DNA of 64,000 bases, taken from assembly GCA_030704615.1 (NCBI GenBank), contig CM060731.1, positions 51,522,001-51,586,000 of the forward strand. Reading direction: 5' to 3'. The notes beneath the pieces are model-generated. The model was not told the DNA's origin, searched no databases, and worked only from the letters and a program-made list of their open reading frames with translations. This DNA is from Takakia lepidozioides. Its lineage: Eukaryota > Plantae > Bryophyta. Positions 26,501-41,304 of the stretch are shown piece by piece (the stretch's first letter is position 1; every line of letters starts with the position of its first letter). The translations under genes were made by a program, and so were the position numbers.

Positions 26501-29500
26501 ACAGGTGGGGAACCCCTGCATCCATAAACAACTCTTTGTAGATTCAGGACGAGCCCGAATTTACAAGCAGTATTAAGCAACCGGATGAAAAAAGAATATG
26601 CTTAGATACAGCCAACTGTGAGCTGACTCTCAAGTAATCAACCACACCTCCAACATGCCAGATATCATCTTCCAAATGAAACCAGATGTCTACAAGCCTT
26701 CTTTGTCCCCTAGCAAGACAGCAGCATACAAAGATCCTTGTCAAATGACATAGAAATCAACTAGCACAGGACCATCTCTTCTGGAATTCAGGCATGCTTC
26801 TGACAATTGCCACATCTAATTCCTGCATGTATCATCATGGGTGTCCTACTTACAAAACATGGGTATACGTACACTATTAGTACTCTGGCAACCCTTCCCT
26901 GGCCTTAAAACATCTCATTCCATGGGTCCTCTAGCATGATGTCTATACCAGCTCATACATTAAATGCTCAATTCCGGGTAGGGATTCTCAATGACTGTAA
27001 TCTCTTTGGAAATTTCTCCTATATCCTGGTGCGCTGAAACCCCATCAAAGGCTCTGTCAGAATTACTCCTTGTTGAGACTGTGGCACTTACCTCTATGAC
27101 ATAGCTAACATTTGTCAACGTCTACATCCATCACCCTCCCTCTGTCTTTCTCACAAACACACGCAGGAAAAAGTCTGTACCTTCATCGCCCTCCATGTCA
27201 TCTTCATCCTCCTCTTCATCTTCCTCCTCTTCATCAGCATCATCATCACCATCGTCACCATCCATGTCCTCCTCATCATCATCAACAATTTCATCTTCTG
27301 CACCATGCTCCATCCGGAATGCCATCGCAGCAGCAGCATCTTCCAGCTCAGCAGCATCCTCAGCTGCCTCACGCATAAACTCCTCGGCCTCTGCTTCAAG
27401 ACATGCCTGGGAAAACGAGATACACTTACTAGCTCAGTCGAGGTTTGTCGTAAGATAAAGACGCAAGTCAAACAACCCAGGACAACATCATAACATATCC
27501 TCTCATGGTAAAGGGCATAAACAAAGCACCACAGCATAACAGCCACAGTTAAGCTAGCAAAACACGACGTACACGACCACATAAGAACCCAATCTGCAGC
27601 AGAGATGCAGAAGTCTTACTTGCCCTGCAAAATGGACATACCTCTTCATCATGCAAACATCTTCTCATCACATCAACAGTAAACACCAGTAAACACTTGC
27701 TCTCAGTTTGGTATATGATCCTCCATTTGCTAACTATCAATCAATGCAAAATTTATATTTCACGGGTATGCTAGTAGAACATTATACCTCATCTACTGCC
27801 TCTCTATCCAGCCGCATGTCATGCTCCATCTGCTCCTCCCGGCTATTGTCACCACCGGCAGTGGGGGCTAGGGGAGCTCCCTCTGGAGCTACTGTCTCTT
27901 GTGGCACAGAATCACACATAGTCTCATCTCTAGGCTGAGCTGGGTTTTCTCCTTCATGCCTTGGGTCTGCCACCAAATGCCCATTTGAAGCAGGTGCCTG
28001 TTGCTCAGAAGATCTCTCACCTGTGGTGGCCTTTTTCTGGCTATTGCCCTTAGCCCCAAACATTTGCTCGCCGCTACTGGCAGCCCGGGTGAGAGCCTCC
28101 AGTGCCTTTAGGACAGCATTCACCAGCTTGGGTGCATCAGGGTGGTCCAAATCTATCGCCTGGATTCCAAAAACACGGGCATGAATTGAACTTCAACATT
28201 ACTTTCTGAGTGCTGCAGTGTCAGATGATCCTAATTTGTGCAAAGATTACAGATCTCGGAGAGGCGCAAGACTAGTGGCTGTGAACTGCTATAATCTTCA
28301 GTTCACATCCATACAATACACATAACTTCAGGCACATGAAAGTCCTTTAAAAGAATCACATCCACTTACCTCGAGTGTGTGAGTAAGTGCTTGTACCATG
28401 CCAGCATCCATCATTGTTCTAGCCATGTCGGTAGAGAATCCAGGAGCCTGTGCAGTCCCTGATGACGAATGAGAGGAAAGAATTGAGTTCACAAGATCCA
28501 CAAAGGCCTGCACCTTTCGTTGGGGTGGATGTAGGCCTTTGGAGGTTCCCATATCACGACTGAGACTCGTTGTGATTGCAGCAGCAGTAAGGGCTCTTGC
28601 AATCTCCACCACTGCACGTCTCCTGCCTTCTCCTGATCTTACACACACTGCCATGAGAAAATACGCAGCCTTGTCTGACAGTTTCTCCCTCCATTCATCC
28701 TCATTGACCTTGTCAACAGACTTGTCACCAGGATAAGGCAGCAGCCTGTGAAGCACATGATAGAGAAGACCCCCATGTCCAATTACTTCTGCCCCGCCCT
28801 GACATGGGCCTCTTCCTTGGCTGCTCTCTGAGTCCCTCCGCAACACCACACTGACTGCTGATGAATACATCAGTAAAACCTCCGTCGTGAGCTTCAAGAT
28901 GAAGGTCACCTTGGCCAACGCCGCAGAGCTTTCTGATATGTTTGCATCACCCTCTAACTTGAGAGCAAATTTGGGGATTTCGTCTAGCTTCGCCTTCCCC
29001 TTGTCCTTGGGTGCAAGATCATCGACCTCCATAGCCATGCTGCCATCCTTCAGCATTGACTCCTCTTCCTTGCCAGCTGGTGGATAGTGAAGGATGACCT
29101 CCAGCAACTGATCAATAACCTGTGAAAAACTATGAGGCACCTTCTTGTGATGGTGTACCTTGCCAGACTTGATAGATGCATCATGAACTTTTGAGCTTCC
29201 ATCCACCGGGCACACAGCCAAACCCCCAGCCTCGCCAGGTCCAGGAATGGAAACACCTTTAGACTTCTCCTGACCCTTTTCCTTATCCTTCTCCTTCTCT
29301 TTGTCCTTCTCCTTTATTTTCTCCTTTTCCTTGGCCAGAATGATGGTGGGCCGTCCGCCAACTGTCTCAATCTGACACACGGCAGCAACCGCCTGCATAA
29401 AAGTGGCAGGTTGACGTGACACAACAGGTGCCATGGCTGTCAAGAACATGCGAGGAGAGACACGGCCATTGTGGCGTGAAAGAGTAGCAATAAGAGTATG

Positions 29501-32500
29501 ACGAATTTCAGATTCCATAGCTTGCTGCAGCGTCTGGGGATCCTCAAGGAGATGGCGAATGATAGCAGCAGCCACATTGTCGAACCCTTGAAATAGGCAG
29601 TTCCTAGGGAGGCTTAACAAGGCAGTCAACCCCCCAGCATCTAAGAATTGCATGGCGACAGGGTGGGTCTTTGTCAATCGTGCACACAGCTGGAGCACAG
29701 CTTGTACAGCTGAGGATGGCAACTGTATGTGAAGAAGACCACTAGCAACTGCCATAGCTCTCCGCTGCTCTTCATCTGTCATATACCCTGTCGGTTTCCC
29801 AAGCACAGCAACAAACAGATTTCCATCTTTCGATTTCTGCTCATCCTCGAGTTCAGGTTTTCGTCCCTCGGATGAAGGGGCTCCTGGGCTCAAAGCCACA
29901 CTGTTGCTAGTCACAGCAGTAGCAGCTGACCCACTTGGGGCATCAGAATTGACCTTGGGTTTGTATTGCAACATGTGGTCAAGGACCAGTAAGAGAGCCG
30001 TGACCCACTTGGGGACGTCTGCCTTAATGGTGTTTTTAGGGGGCTTGAAGCAGGTGAGGACATCAAGTGCTATATTGACGAGTCCATTTTCAGCGGCTAT
30101 CTCTCGAGCTGTGCTATCTTCACTCAAAACTAATGCCAGTGTGTGAGATATGGTAGAAAGTGTGCTTGTATCGCTCGATGAACCCTCCACTTCACAGACC
30201 TTCAGTTGTTGGATAAGGTAGGAGATAACACGCGGACGGTCCTGGCCTTTGTTGCGGTTGCACATTGTCACCAGCAAATCTGTCAAAGGAAAGGCTACCG
30301 CATCAGTATTCTGCAGAAGGTTCATGCAGGTAGATAGCATGTCCTCTATAGGAGGTGCCTTGGGTCTTTCCTCCTCTGGGATAACCTCGATTCCCCCAGA
30401 TGGATCTTCTCTGGGTGGCCCATCACTGCCTAGTGACAAGGCAAGGGCCCGTGCCAATTCATCGTCCTCCTGCGCCAAAATGCCCCACAAGGAGAGTCCG
30501 TGAGAATCTTTAGAACCCCTGGTACAAAACAAGCTTCAGACCAGGATACAAGCTGCAAGGCAAAACAATGTATGGAACAGAGCAAGTAGGGCTACTCTTA
30601 CCCACTATTAACTGAATGGAATGCGACAACAGTTAAAAGTATTGCTATAGTACTCACCAACTTTGTGAGAAGGACACAGAAACAATAATAGAAAGGAAAT
30701 TTGTGAAGCTGAGGGAAAGACATCACTATAACTGTGAGCTGCGTGTTTACCTGCGCAGCTTCCTCTGGATGGGTGAACAACCAATCCATAGCCATCTCAA
30801 CACTGTTAGTATCAACACGACGCAATGCTTCTTCCGCCCTTGCACGGGTAAAGCCCATTTCCTCAATCATCAATATTGACGACTCGTCAGGAGGGGGTCC
30901 AATGAGTCGTGCCCCAGCCCCACCTACTCCTGCCGCTCGAGTCCCCTTCACATCTCCTATGCCCGTGTAGACATGAGTAATGATGGATGCAATCGATGTG
31001 ATAAAAGCTGCACTGCATTGTGGAAACAGTGCATGGTTCCAGACAGGAAGAATGACATCCAACACCTGGGCTTGCAGAGTCCGGATGAAAGCCTCTGGCT
31101 CCTTGGGCACAGTGATTGACCCCCCTGACACGGGCTGAACAAGCATCTGTGCCATGGATGGGGGTGTCAACAACAGAGAAGAGGTAACCAGATGCTCCAA
31201 AAGACGTGCGTAGTGCCGCAATGTCTCCAGTAGCCACGAGTTAGAATCCGACTTCTCCTCCAACTTGTCCCCTTCTGCCTTCCCATTCTCTGTTTCCATG
31301 GGAGATCCCCCTGAGCTCTGTGGCATGGCCCATAGAAGCTGGCTCGTTGCCTCAAATGTGGTCAGCAGTTGCTTAATCGCCCCATGCCCAACCAGATTGT
31401 TCACTAGAACAGTATTGCAAGTCCGCCGCCGACTATCAAAAACCACTGCTAGAATATCCTCCACTACTTTACCCAGGTACCGGCACTTGACCGAAACAGA
31501 AGGCCCTGACTGTGATTCCCCACTGTATCCATCAAAGCTGAGATTTTCGTGAAGAAGCTTAGCCAGTGTGGCGGCAACTGATTTGGCAGCCACACTCAGG
31601 GGTACAGTGTCATCACGTCGGCGCGAAGGGACAACCATGGCCTTCCCAAGCGCCACATAGAGCCCACGTGCAGCCCCTGCCAACCTGGTCATCATCTCAT
31701 AATTCAAAGATTCTGGTGACTTTCGCTTAGCTGACTCTGTAATAGGAGAAGGCTCCAAAAGACTAGCTGCACTCTCTAGATCAACTTGAGTTGCATCTGC
31801 ATGCCGGGCAAGTCGACCCAAGCGCGTCAGCTGAGTAAGAGCTTCTGCATTAGCCGCGTGATCTCTGCGGGCACGACGGTGAGGACCATCACCAGCATGA
31901 AGAACAGGCAGAAAATCAGCTTCAACACCCCAATGAGAGGAGGGACCGTTGCGTAACTGACCCGGGTTCACATACCTTACCACCGGATATACATCTGTGT
32001 CATCTTCCCCTTCTCTTGGCCCCGTGCCTACACCTGCACTTGCAGCAGGGCTCCCATCCCCCACATCCGTATCCTTTTTCACCTCTAACTTGGCATCATC
32101 AATCATGGCAATCTGCCAAAGAACCTCCCTGTGGACCCTTGCAACATCCTGCAATACTTCTGCAGCCCCTGCACTCAACTCTGCCATCATTGCAGCTGAA
32201 CTCCTCACCAACACAGAGGACAAGGAAAGGAAGCATTCTGCTGCAGACAGGGAGCGTGCCACCTTGTTTCGGACACTGTTCTCCAAATCAGACAACCTTG
32301 TTCCAGCGACCAAGTTCAGCTGATCCAGCGTCACCTTCAAATGGTCTCTGAGCCCACCACACACTGCTCGGGTAAGTGCTGCTGAATGCTGTGGGGAGAA
32401 AGCTCGAAAGGTGACTGACATATTGTGTGCAGTAGACGAGCCACCAAAAGAGACAGACAAATGGGGGAGGGTGTACAACTGTAGCAAAGCTTCAATCCCT

Positions 32501-35500
32501 TTTTTCTCAATGAACGCACGGCTTGTATCTGCATTTTGGAGTACAGTTTCCAGAAGCCGCACAGCATTGTTGATGCACTCAGGGAGGAAGGTCTCTACAT
32601 TTGAGCCAGTGCCATCAGCTGCACGTTCAGAAGCTTGCTGAGATGAACTTGATGACTTAGGTGTTTCTTCTGCTGGAGCTGGGCCATTGGCTCTATCTTC
32701 TGAATCTGTATCCATAGGAACTGGAATATCAGCACTGGCTGGCTCAGGTATGGACATGATTGCTGATGGCTCGACAGTACCACCACCAATCACTGCTATG
32801 GTCCTTAAAATCTCTATGCATGTATCAATGCCTGGCCCCCGAAGAGTGGGTGCATGCCTCATCAACTCGTCAAGTCCTGAGGCAAGAGTCCCTGGTGTGT
32901 CATTAGCTAATGCCCGTACATACATCTTTGACGTGAAAATCTTGACAAAACAACCAAGCGCATTATGGTCCCGGACTGCCTGCAAGCCCGAGTTGTTCAG
33001 GCAAAGAGCATCCAAGCTATTAGGAATGCAGCCAACTGCCTCTGAGGACGGTAGAACGCCTGATGTGATAGCATCCAAAAATGCAGCAGGAAGGCCTGCA
33101 GCATCAAGGGCAGTAAAGCAGGTTGGGTCTTTGTGGATAAGATCACTCATAACAGATGCTGCCAGCGAGAAGACTCCCCCTCCAAATTCCTTTGCATGCC
33201 TGAAAATAGTGCAGAGACATGCAGGCAATGCGCTCTCCTCTGATCCGTGGAGCCTTGCAGAATTACCTGGAGCATATGTGCCTAAAGCAATAGCACGAAG
33301 CAAGGCCTTCAGGAGGAGTCTTTGATGGTAGGGAATAAGTGTCTCTGATTGAACTGCAACAGATAGCTGTTGTAATTCTCCATCCTCAATCATAGGGGCC
33401 TTTCCCTTGGGGTCTGGTTGAACCTCTTCCATGTGTTGCTTTGCACCCTCTTCCACCCGAGCCACTTCCACTTGCAGCCTGGCAACTGTGTCATCCAGGC
33501 CTCCCAGATCCCGAAAGAGGGTGCCTGCTGGATTGCTGTAATCCATAAACGCCTCCAGAATATGGACCGTTGCACTGACCAGATGCGTGTGCTGGGGGTT
33601 CATATCCTTCAAAAGAGGAAGAAGTGTAGGAATCAAACCTGCTTCCCTCAAAGCAGCACCTCCTGATGAGGATGAGACAAGAACAGTCACAAGAGAGAGA
33701 AGGGCCTCGACAAAAGCAACAGAGCTTCCACTTGAACCCTCAGTTATTGACCCAATAGATTTTTGCATGAGGCTTGGTAGGATGCCACGATGACCACCTG
33801 CACTGATGACATTAAGTACATTGGACTGTCGAGTCCTGTCTTGAGATTGTCCTGCCAAAGCTAATACAGCTAGTATGCGGATGTCCTCTGGCACAGTGTC
33901 CTCACACCGCAACACTGTCACTAATTCATCAACAAACTCGGGCTCATTGATGAAAAATGCATTAAGGTCTTCATGATCAGGATTTGACTGGAGGAGCACT
34001 GTAAATGCAAGAAGCCGGATGCAAATATATTGTCTCCTAGAGCTCAGATGTGCAAATGCCCTTGCAAACCGAAGCCGTGTAAGCAGTGAGAATCTTAGGT
34101 TTGGGGGCACCTTATATTGGTCCACTAGATTCTTCAGCAATTGAAGATCCCCCTCCATTTGCAAATGCAAGTCAGGGATGTGAATAACTTGCAGTCCTGA
34201 TGGTTTCCCTTCATTGTTCCCATCAGACGAATCAGACTCCGCATAAAATTCAAAGTGGAGTGTAGCCCCAAGTCTGCAAGCATCAGCATCGCACCCACTC
34301 TCTACAGTGCAAGCCAGCAACCCTAGACCTTCCTCTTTTCCCCCCCACCCTTGAGACAACGAGAAAAGGCGAGCATTTAGGGCCAAGTCTCCAGGCAATC
34401 GCATGGCCCGGTTTGACTGCACTGGCCTCTTTACAAATGCTGCTAATGTCTGCAACGCAGCAATGACTATGTCTGGATCTGTGGAAGCAAACAATGAAGA
34501 GACATGCTGCACAAATACCACGGCTGTATTAGCAGGAATCAAAAAAGAATGGTATAGGTACAATCCCATGCTTTCAATGCAGATCATAGGCTACTTCTGT
34601 CATGCCTGCCATGGCAAAGTTGCAAAGGGGTGTCCTGCAAAGCTCAAAACAACACTTCCTAATTGAAAACTCAACCTACATGAGTGACAAAATGAAAATC
34701 TCTCAGAGAAAAGTCAAGGGACAGCTGACCAGCAAGTTAGACAGGATTTCCTGCTTTTCAGTCAAAGCTACAGCTCTATAAAGACGACCTAAGAAGGAAG
34801 AGACAAACTACCAAATCACCCACAAGTTGCAACAAAGTTGACTCCATGACAATATAGTCAACTGACAATCTGGACTAAGACAAGGACAATATGTGACCAC
34901 AGAAACCCACATCAAAATGGTCATGCCCTCCCTCCCTCCCCTCTATTTCTCTCTCTTACTCTAACCAACTTTTCTTCGGGCTTGTGCAAATGCTACGGAG
35001 AAGCTGTCAAACTGGCAATGAAAGAGTAAGAAGCAATGTGCCATGGAAGTATTACCTCATTAGAACTGTAGAGATACTTGTTCATGCAGTTTTCCAGGAT
35101 GATCCGTGTCACCCTAAGAATCTGTAAAACCGCCTCCTTTGGGAAAGAACTGTCACCCTCCAAAAACTCACCCTCCAGCTGCAGATCATTCCTCGGCTTC
35201 ACATACTTTTCAAAGAAGGCCTCAAAATGGTTCAGCAGATCAACCCAGTGATAGAAGTCCCCCTGGAGGTTCAATCGAGCACTACATCAGTGAGGCAGAC
35301 AAAGAACAAAGTAGATTGGACTGGAATCTGAGAAGGTGGCTGCACTCTGTGAGGCCGCCAATGGTCGAGACAGTTGGAAAACTCACTAAGGGTTGAACAA
35401 ATAAAGCCAAGAAGGGCGCCATAGGAAAGAACAGGAAGAGGTGAGGAGACAGCCTTGCAGGCTCAGATACAAGGAGGGAGAAAACGGTACAGAAGCTAGC

Positions 35501-37658
35501 TATAGTATACTGACTTGTGGTTCAACTGGCAGCAAGAATGGAAAGAGGGCAGGAAACAGGCTTCACCAATTTGCAGGCGCAGATAGACGGAAGGAGAAAA
35601 TCAGTAAAAAAGCTAGCTATCGTAGAATGACTAGTGGCTCAGTAAGGAGAGAGAGAGTGTGCAGGCCTGTGTGCATGTGAGTCCGGCACTGTGACAACAA
35701 CAAACATCAAGATACCACATAAGAAGAGAGGCAAAGAGAGAATTGAGGAAATACAGTTTGAACAGTCTAGTGTACCTTTTCATAATCCCAACTGAACCTG
35801 GAAAGAGGTGCCTCAATATTCTCCAGGGGAGTGCTGACCACACAGTTGATGAAGGTCCTCACTTTCACCGGCTGCCATGTGACCAACCATCAGCTTTGAC
35901 ATGTCAGTATACAGGGCAAGTAATGTCAAATTGTAGTGGAATAACTGTCTCTGCATTCCTACAGCAACAAAATCAGAAAGCCTGGCTTTAATCCAACTAA
36001 AGACTTGTTAGACGCCCTCCTTTAGCACCAGTCCCACATAGCCCCACCATTAGTTGCTGCATCTTTAGCTAAGAGCTCCAAAGACACTAAACCTAAATTT
36101 GTGAACTTACTACAAAGGCACGTTCGTGCATGGGACATGCAGGAAGGGCAAAAGTCACTTTGAGCGCCCTTGATAGGAAAGGGGTAAAGAACAGCGAGCA
36201 AGCAAGTCACTACCAAAACCCACATACATGCAATCTAGTGCTTGAAAACTATCCAGTAATACTTACCGCCACATTCACAAATTAACTTCTAAAATAGCAC
36301 TTTTGGCGTATTTCCAGATACAGCTAGCAGGATACTTGGTCATGATCTCTCATTAAAATCCCCAATCCTTCAGCCGACCATCTTGTTCATCTAGAATTGT
36401 CCTCTGTATAAACATGATCAGCAGCGTGACGTGTAGTCACACCTGTGATCATGCAATAAACCCAGAATCACCTTCAGGATCGTCACTAAACCAATTGCAT
36501 AGACTAACCGGGAAGTGTAGTAACACCACTGCTCAAGACATCTGCATGAAGCCCCAAACAGGTAGCCACAGATGTACATAGCCATTGGACAGACCTGATT
36601 CTACCCTCATGCAATCCTTCCCAAGAATTTACACCAATATTTCTTCTTGGCAATCCAATACTCCTTCACACCTATGAAGAAACCTTGTTGATAAGATACC
36701 CTAATACCAAAACGTCAACCAGAGGTAGACATTTCATGCGTAGCCCCAAACCTCTGACCACACATCACAGTGATCATGGCCTCAGGATCAAAACAACAGT
36801 GGCGCATATACTGTCAAGCTATGTTTGGCTTTTCCATCGGCTCAATTTCTTGTAAGCTCAGGTAACTACCAATGGACCACATGCTTAAGTAGGCCGTAAT
36901 TAAAGTTACAAGGGAACCCTCTCCGTTCCGGGAGAACTTTCTTTCCAAGAAACTGTGTAAATAGAAAACATCCCAGATATTGCATTCAAGACGACAATTG
37001 AGCCGTCTAAGAATTTGCATGGCTCCTGGCACGCTTCCAGTTCCAAGGAAGAACCTCTGGTTCAACCTCTACCTACTACAGGATGGGAACTCCTCCTATG
37101 ATCGCAATCAAACAAACAGAAAGCTGTCTCCAGTTACTCTGAATGCAGAGCAACTGTTGAAGATGCTCTAACCAATACTCCAATCCAACCAATGACACAA
37201 ACACTCACACGCACGCCACACACATGTGTCCCGCATCTGCTCATGAACAGGAACATCGTAATCAAGAGCACAAAACCCCGAATGTATATTCCCCCCCCCC
37301 CCTCCCTCGCTCATCTAGAGAAGGAGCTCGGAACCAAAACTAACGCAACCAGACTCTAACCCGTAACTTCTCCGGCATTATCTTGAGCGCGAGCTCCTCT
37401 TAAAAGTTGGCCTCTTTGCCACTTCAATCGGAAAACCCTCGCAAATTCCACACTAGACCGATGCCTAATTGTGCACACCACTTCCATCCAACATGCCTAT
37501 GAAGCCCAGACATCAACTACGAGTATCGCAATCCTTCAAACAAGCAGTCAAGTAAGTTCATCGCTCGAAAAGCCAAGCCCCTCTAATCCCCCCCCCCGGT
37601 CCCCAAGGTCTGAAATTGGCCATACCGCCTCCACGCCGCGCTTCTTCTTGGCCTTCAT
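17576..37658 (-). CDS. UPL1: HECT E3 ubiquitin-protein ligase, UPL1/UPL2 (HUWE1/Tom1) type. About 20 exons: 37658-37626, 35871-35776, 35262-35056, 34506-30751, 30469-28370, 28159-27788, 27406-27181, 26515-26340, 26093-24492, 24338-24000, 23522-23312, 23112-22817, 22559-22159, 21952-20767, 20381-20235, 19878-19798, 19485-19260, 18687-18548, 18347-18241, 17678-17576
   Basis: N-terminus [20 protein letters not shown], then [13 protein letters not shown] and [15 protein letters not shown] (DUF908/913), UBA ([13 protein letters not shown]), UIM ([13 protein letters not shown]), UBM repeats ([20 protein letters not shown]) and HECT ([17 protein letters not shown] ... HTCFNQLDLP ... EGFGFG*). GT-AG boundaries keep the frame. 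Confidence 0.96.
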
Positions 37659-38047
37659 GATTAGGTCTGACAAGGCGCCTAAACCATGCACCAGAGATGC
37701 ATGTCTTCCCAATATTCCACCTATTGCCTTCCTTTCTTTTCCTCCCTACTCACCACCCGCCCCTCGTTCTACACGCAGATTCCCAGCCGACTCAACAGAG
37801 CAGGCAGAGAGGAGATGCGAGGGAGAGCAAGGCGGCAGCAGCGAGCGATGGGAGTGAGAGACAGGAAAGAGGGGGGCAGGCAAAGCTGTGCGAGGCTGGA
37901 GCACAGCACTGCGTCTTCTTCCCTCCACAACACTCTATGTACATTCTCTGCTTCGCCTTCTACAATCGTTAGGGCACACCGACTACCCGGCGCTCCTGGG
38001 TTCAAACCCGCGACCCCCACCCAGCGCAACTTATAAAAGATAGAGTA

Positions 38048-40995
38048 ATTGTTTTTTGTTTGTTTTTTTTTGGTTGGCAAACTATCTGACGCCCTGGAGA
38101 ATTTATTCCAAAAAAGCGGATTACAAAGAAAGTGAGGAAAAAATAACCTCACTAGGGAAACCATGAGGAAGATAATCGAGCTTTGCCCCATAACCAAAAC
38201 TAAGAAGCCTGCAGAGGCTAAGGATAAGAGCGCTGCAGGTGGTGGGATGGCTAAGGCCTGGAAGAGGCGAAGGATAGATGCGCCTTGGACTTGCCCTTTC
38301 GAAGGGATTGCTTGTGGCGCCAATTGACGTCAGAGTCCTCCGGTTCAGCCGACTGATGAGCACTACGTGAACTGCCAACATGTCGGGAGTTGGTTGTTCC
38401 AGACAACCGATGAGTCGGAAGTTCTTGTGCACAGAATGCCTCCTTTTCCCCAGGACTTATCAAAGTCAGCGAATAATTGCAATCTCTTGTTCTGTGAGCT
38501 TCTGGCAGCAACTGCACACAAAACGCTCCATAATTTTCTCGCTTTAGTCATAAGGTCGGAGTGAATTCGATACAATATCATCTTAGCACTTGGTGCCTTA
38601 GCCTCATAAACAAAGGAACACCTACATTTCCCAATATTCCACAAGGTGTGGGCTCGCAATGCTATCCAGAGTGGGCATGTACTCCAGTAAGCATCATTGT
38701 GCATGTTCAAGAGCAAAACGGAATCTGGGAAGAGAAGTCCAATGACCAATCAGCATAAAATTTCTTAACAGCAGCCCAAACGAATGAGGCCAGAGGGCAT
38801 TGGACTAGGCAATGCTCAATGGACTCTGGACCACTCGAGTTACAGATGGAGCAGGGGAGCTGAGGATCCGAAATGTAAGCGAATACTGGCAAAATACGAT
38901 TGACTATCTTCCATAGAAATCCACATATTTTTGCTGCCCTTTGTTTCCTCCAGACATCCTTCCAAACCAAATTGCCAATTCACTGGGGGCAATGGAAGAT
39001 GCTCCCATTTACAATTCCATTTGTGAGAGAAGAGAGCCGGGGGTCTCAACAAATTGTAACCAAGCTTGACCAAATAGCTAAAGAAGGGTTTATGAGGGCT
39101 TGACATCCAATTCCACTCTGCAGGGTCAAACTAAAGTTGTATGACCGGTGCATTGAGGAACCAACAGAAAGATCCACTGTAGTGTTTGATATTGACTGGC
39201 GGTGAAAGGTTGCATTATCCTGAGATCCTGCAGAACGCTCTAATCGCAAAGAGACCTTCTTCTTGAAGATATTTGAACGATGGCTGGTACAAGCCCCCAA
39301 CCCTATCAGTCAGAAACTGCCAGCCAGCCAGAGTGTTGCCATGGCGAGATATGGCGTAGAGGGCCACCTGCGCAGACCCGGGGGCATCTTTTCCAAGCCA
39401 AGCTGGAAGCAGCCTTGGTGTCGTCTGAACCGAGGGAAATGAAGTCCAAAGCTGGGGTATCTCTGTTACCAGTGAATCCCAAGCTCCTGCCCTTCTGGAA
39501 GTGAGATGGGAGGTGACCAAGTCTTTGGGGAGGAAGCTGGGAGGATCCCAGATATGACAAAAATGCGAAATTCCAACCTTCTCCCAATGAGCCCATTTTT
39601 TAGCACCCGATAATAGCACCTCAGAATCGGAATTGTAGTTCGCAAATAGAGGCTGTCGCAAGGCCTCTTCCAATGTGGTTGGCATGGTTAGATAGAGCGA
39701 GTTTCTCATTTGAATCCATGCAGCCCAATGCATAAAGATTATCATGCTTTAGAGCCTAGGGGATGTGTTCTGAATGAACTTTTATCTTGCACGATCCAAC
39801 GAAGGGATTTAGGCTAGTCTCCAGATGTGGGAGCTACATCCATAACATGATGACGGACCAGCAGCTCCACGGAGCTGAAAGATTTGTGAAAATCCTGGGA
39901 ACCCATTTTGCGAGAAGGGAGGTAATCTGAGCAAGAGGGTCTATGATACCTAGTCCTCCCGACTTTTTCTTCTGGGTGATTTGAGCCCAGCTAACCAGAG
40001 CTCTGCGATTTGGAGAGGAGGCAGTTCCACCCCAGAGGAAGTTTCTAACCAAGACTTTAATCTGGTTTATAATTTCGGAGCCTGGAGACCAGACTGCAGC
40101 GGAGAACCACGAGGATGCGAGAATCACCTGGTTAGCCACGAGAGCTCGCCCTGTAATTGAGAGCCCAAGAGAACTCCAATAGACAAAATGCTTCCTGATG
40201 ATCTTCACAACGTTGAGAGTTTGTCAGATCGTGACCTATGAGGTGCCCGAGCAGCTTGTGGGCTTGCCCGTTCTGAAGCCAACGCAAGCCAAGATCATGG
40301 CCCCAAGCGGCTGCATGGTTATTTATCGAGTCTGGACGTTGTTTAGAGAGGATCCCTACTGACTTAGACCAATTGACCTTGAGACCCGACGTCATACAAA
40401 ATTGATGAAGAGCCTGCAGCGCGGCCGTTATATTCGATGTCATAGCGTTGTTCAACAACATGACTGTATCATCAGCGTATATCGATGTTTTGATCGATGC
40501 AAGAGCAGGGTAGGATCGGGGGATCTACAGCCCCTGTATGTGCAGGAGATATCCAAGACAATCTGCCGCAAACAAGAAAAAAAAAAAAAAATGGACCAAC
40601 GGGCAACCTTGTCGAACAGAACGATGTAATTGAAAGGCGGAGGAGAGGACACCATTCACCAGGACTTTACTGGAAGCGAAAGAGAGCAGGATCTTGACCC
40701 ATTGAAGAAAACTCCCTGAAAATCCTAGCTTTTGCATAGCACCCAAGAGAAAGTCCCAATCCACATTATCGAACACCTTCTCGAAGTCCAACAAAAGCAG
40801 GGCCAGAGGTTGATCCAATTCATAATCAAGATGCAAGGCTTCAAGGGCCAAGAGGATATTATCCAGGATCATCCTGTTGCTCATGAAACCAGTCTGATCA
40901 GGCCGCACTAGCTTATGAAGGAAGGGCTGCAATCTCAACGCCAGAGCCTTAGCAATAATTTTATAGGTTGAATTAAACAAGGTGATGGGTGATGG
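38048..40995 (-). mobile_element. Degenerate 5'-truncated L1-clade LINE, same family as 10920-14335
   Basis: RT (PITLFNSTYKIIAKALALRL, QTGFMSNR, LDFEKVFDNVDW, SVRQGCPL), post-RT RNFLWGG..VSWAQIT..GGLGI, zinc knuckle CSIC..ESIEHCLVQC, and an A-rich tail at ~38050-38072. Confidence 0.9.
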
Positions 40996-41304
40996 GTGAT
41001 GGATTAAGCGAGGTTGTTCTTTTTTGGGATAGTCAAGTTTATATCTCAATTTCTTTTCTTTTTTTCTTTTTTTTTCAAAAATGGGAACAAAGCCCTGGGA
41101 TTCATTGGAGAAGGTAGAAGAAATAACCGCGTATGAGGCCGGGAAGGCTTAGAGAGGGGATACCACCAGTGTTGGGCGGGTCTACCCCTTTTTTTCCATA
41201 TACGCCGGTTCCGGATATGAAAAAACTTTTGTTTTAGATATCCGCCGGTTCCAGGTATTACCAACCTGACAAACAGCGGATCCGGGTATGCATCCAGTTA
41301 TTAA

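Noticed and set aside
32687-33325. Long + strand ORFs within UPL1
   Set aside because: Antisense shadows of the large coding exon.
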